Of a DNA stretch of 64,000 bases, positions 61,798-64,000 are shown piece after piece (the first letter of the stretch is position 1; each line of letters begins with the position of its first letter). Source of the stretch: Camelus dromedarius (Eukaryota). Made by a program: the position numbers and the translations under genes. A model generated the notes under the pieces. The model ran no database searches and was not told the origin of the DNA. It was given only the letters and a program-made list of their open reading frames with translations. Where the stretch lies: contig NC_087437.1 of NCBI RefSeq assembly GCF_036321535.1, positions 119,352,001 through 119,416,000 of the forward strand, in the 5' to 3' direction.

Positions 61798-62379
61798 AAG
61801 GAATGTTAGTTTGTTCCAGTTCTTATGCTGACATTAGGAAGACAAAAAGAAGGAGGTAGAGTTCTTGCCTTTAGGAACTCAAAATCTATCTAAAGGAAAG
61901 CCCCTGTGAATACTGCTCACAGGAAAATCAGGGAGGCCAAGGGACGGGGAGACGAAATAATGCACATGTGTGCCCATGTGCTCACGTTACTCCTACGGGA
62001 GTTCCTGAAGCGCTGCTCTGTCAAGACTTCTGTGCAGGAGCAGCCTAAGTCTGCCTACTGCTTGTAGCTTAAACCTTCCAGTCCCAGACTCCTCCTGCTG
62101 CCACGGCTCAGGAATTAATTTCAAAGCATGTTGGAACAGAAGGAGGAAGGGAGGGACCCAGGGTGGCCCTGGACATCTGTAGAGGTTGTTCACTGCTCTC
62201 TGATGCAGAGGTTACCACCAGGTTTGTGCAAGGCCAGACCTGTGAGGCCAGACGCTGGGGCCTTGGAGACGCCCCAGAAGGTCTGTTCACGGACAGAGTG
62301 GGCTCTCGCGCCTGCGAGGGGCGGGACTGTGCGTGCCCTGCAAGTGTCACCTAGCTCAGTCCTCATCCCAGGCCTCCTG

Positions 62380-62510
62380 TATGTGACTTTTCTCACTCTG
62401 AAATGGAGGGCGTGGAGACGCTATGCAACTTTCCCAAAGTCAAACAGCTAGTCAGTGGAGGAGCTGGAATTGAAACCAGGCCTGCGGGTTGTCAAGTCCA
62501 GTGATCTGCT
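62380..62510 (-). mobile_element. MIR fragment
   Basis: cccaaagtcaaacagctagtcagtggaggagctggaattgaaaccagg. Confidence 0.65.
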
Positions 62511-63494
62511 CTGTGGTGGAGGGTGTGATGGAAACCGAAGGGGGGAATGAGTGGAGACTCACGGGTGCCAGCCTCGCAGCCCCCGGCCCAGGCCACTCTG
62601 CCCCGGCACCACCACGAGATGGCGCTGCAGACCAGGGCGGAAGTCCCGCTGCTCCCGCAGCCGCCAGAGCCCTTCTTGTCTGGTTTGCTCTCTTCCACCC
62701 GCTTTGAGCCTCTTGCCTGCAGACTAAGCGAGGCTGGAACACTCCACAGGGCTTCGGGGTCCTGGGCACGTGTCTGCTGGGACAGGGCTCAGACAACCAT
62801 GCTGTGTCAAAGAAAATATTAATCAATGGTCAATCTAAGAAAGAAAGAAAAACATTTTATTCCAGCCAACCCAGTCTTGCAGAAGGTCTGAGAACTGCCC
62901 TGAAGAGGTAACGGGGAGGCCGGCGTAGGTGTGATTTGGCCAAGGGGCCCGTGCAGTCCAGCACGTGCTGCTGCTCACCAGGAACAAGTCTACGGTTTCA
63001 GTGCTTTTCCAAGTAAGGGGAGATGCAAGAATTCAGCTTCATAAAAAATTTCTCCCGAAAATACCTAGCTGTCTGAGGGCCGGTTTTGTCAGTTTTCCCC
63101 GAGGGGAGAGTGTCTGTCCTGGGTCTTCCCTCCGAGTTCCTGGTGGGCCGGGGACTGCGACGGCTAAAGGCTTGATTCTTGCAGATTGGGAAGATGGGCA
63201 ACATTCCTTATTTCACACCTTTCGGTCTTAATTTCAACTGAAGTTTGGGAGGCATTTCGTGACCAATTTGTCCCACGGCGCTAGGAATGCCCACTCCCAG
63301 CTCAGGCGAGGATCTCACTGATAGAACACTCCGTGTGCTGTTACCAGACTAGAGCCTCTGCCCAGTAGCCAGCAGCCTCTGGATCGCCTGTCTTACTGGT
63401 CTGTGGTGGTCCAGGAAGCAGTTCCCTCTTGTTGCCTCTGCCCGTATCTAGAGTCACACTGTTACAACCATTGATCTTATGGAACCATACACAT

Positions 63495-63928
63495 ATTTTT
63501 TGATCTAAAGTTGATTGACGATGTTGTGTTAGTTTCTGATGTACAAAGAAGTGATTCAGTTATACATGTATATGTGTGTACATTCTTTTCCATATTCTTT
63601 TCCACTATGATTTATTACAAGCTATTGGATACAGTTCCCTGTGCTGGACAGTAGGACCTGGTTGTTTATTCTATATATAATAGTTTGCATCTGCTGATCC
63701 CAGATTCCTAGTTTGTCCTCCCGACCAACCTTCCCCTTTGATAACCGTAAGTTTGTTTTCTATGTCTGTGAATCTGTTTCTGTGCCATAAATAAGTTCAT
63801 TGGGGTCATATTCTAGATTCCACATGTAAGTGATGTCATATGGTGTTTGTCTTTCTCTGTCTGACTTCCTTCACTGAGTATGATCACCTCCAGGTCCAGC
63901 CATGTTGCTGCAAATAGCATTCTTTCAT
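63495..63928 (-). mobile_element. L1 3' end
   Basis: atgttgtgttagtttctg...gttccctgtgct...tagattccacatgtaagtg. Confidence 0.85.
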
Positions 63929-64000
63929 ATAAAACTACATTTTTGATCAATCTTTTCCTTTTTTTAAACTTTTTTTTATTGCATTACAGTCATTTTACAA

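Noticed and set aside
1..64000. CRISPR arrays, operons, rRNA genes, intact retroviral or L1 ORFs, a second protein-coding gene
   Set aside because: None seen; the window is a single spliced mammalian gene with decayed repeats

Overview
This is mammalian genomic DNA, GC-rich and repeat-laden, with no prokaryotic features. The window holds one complete, intact protein-coding gene on the + strand: UMODL1 (uromodulin-like 1 / olfactorin). I traced 21 coding exons by hand from ATG 954 to TAA 56618. All introns are GT-AG with consistent phases. The CDS is 4089 nt (1362 aa): signal peptide, EMI, WAP, an unannotated SEA-like region, EGF, FN3, SEA, EGF, a Pro/Thr/Ser-rich linker, FN3, SEA, EGF, ZP module, TM helix and a short tail. 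Introns contain L1, L2, MIR, MaLR (MLT1-like) and ERV LTR remnants plus microsatellites. A tRNA-Ala-derived vic-1-like SINE, and the absence of recognisable Alu, Bov-tA, PRE-1, Can-SINE or ERE elements, suggest a camelid genome (inference). The most unusual signal is patchy, very strong A/T-to-G/C substitution in dead transposons, most extreme in the SINE at 42311-42412. It points to local GC-biased gene conversion. Other leads: a probable cryptic third SEA domain (exons 4-5), a candidate 14-nt upstream micro-exon that feeds a long alternative reading frame, two intact GSVVV autoproteolysis motifs, and a 3'UTR intron. I see no evidence of a second gene or a new multi-gene system. Repeat boundaries and family names were assigned by eye and are approximate. 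Comparisons to human UMODL1 and to repeat consensi are from memory and need checking.
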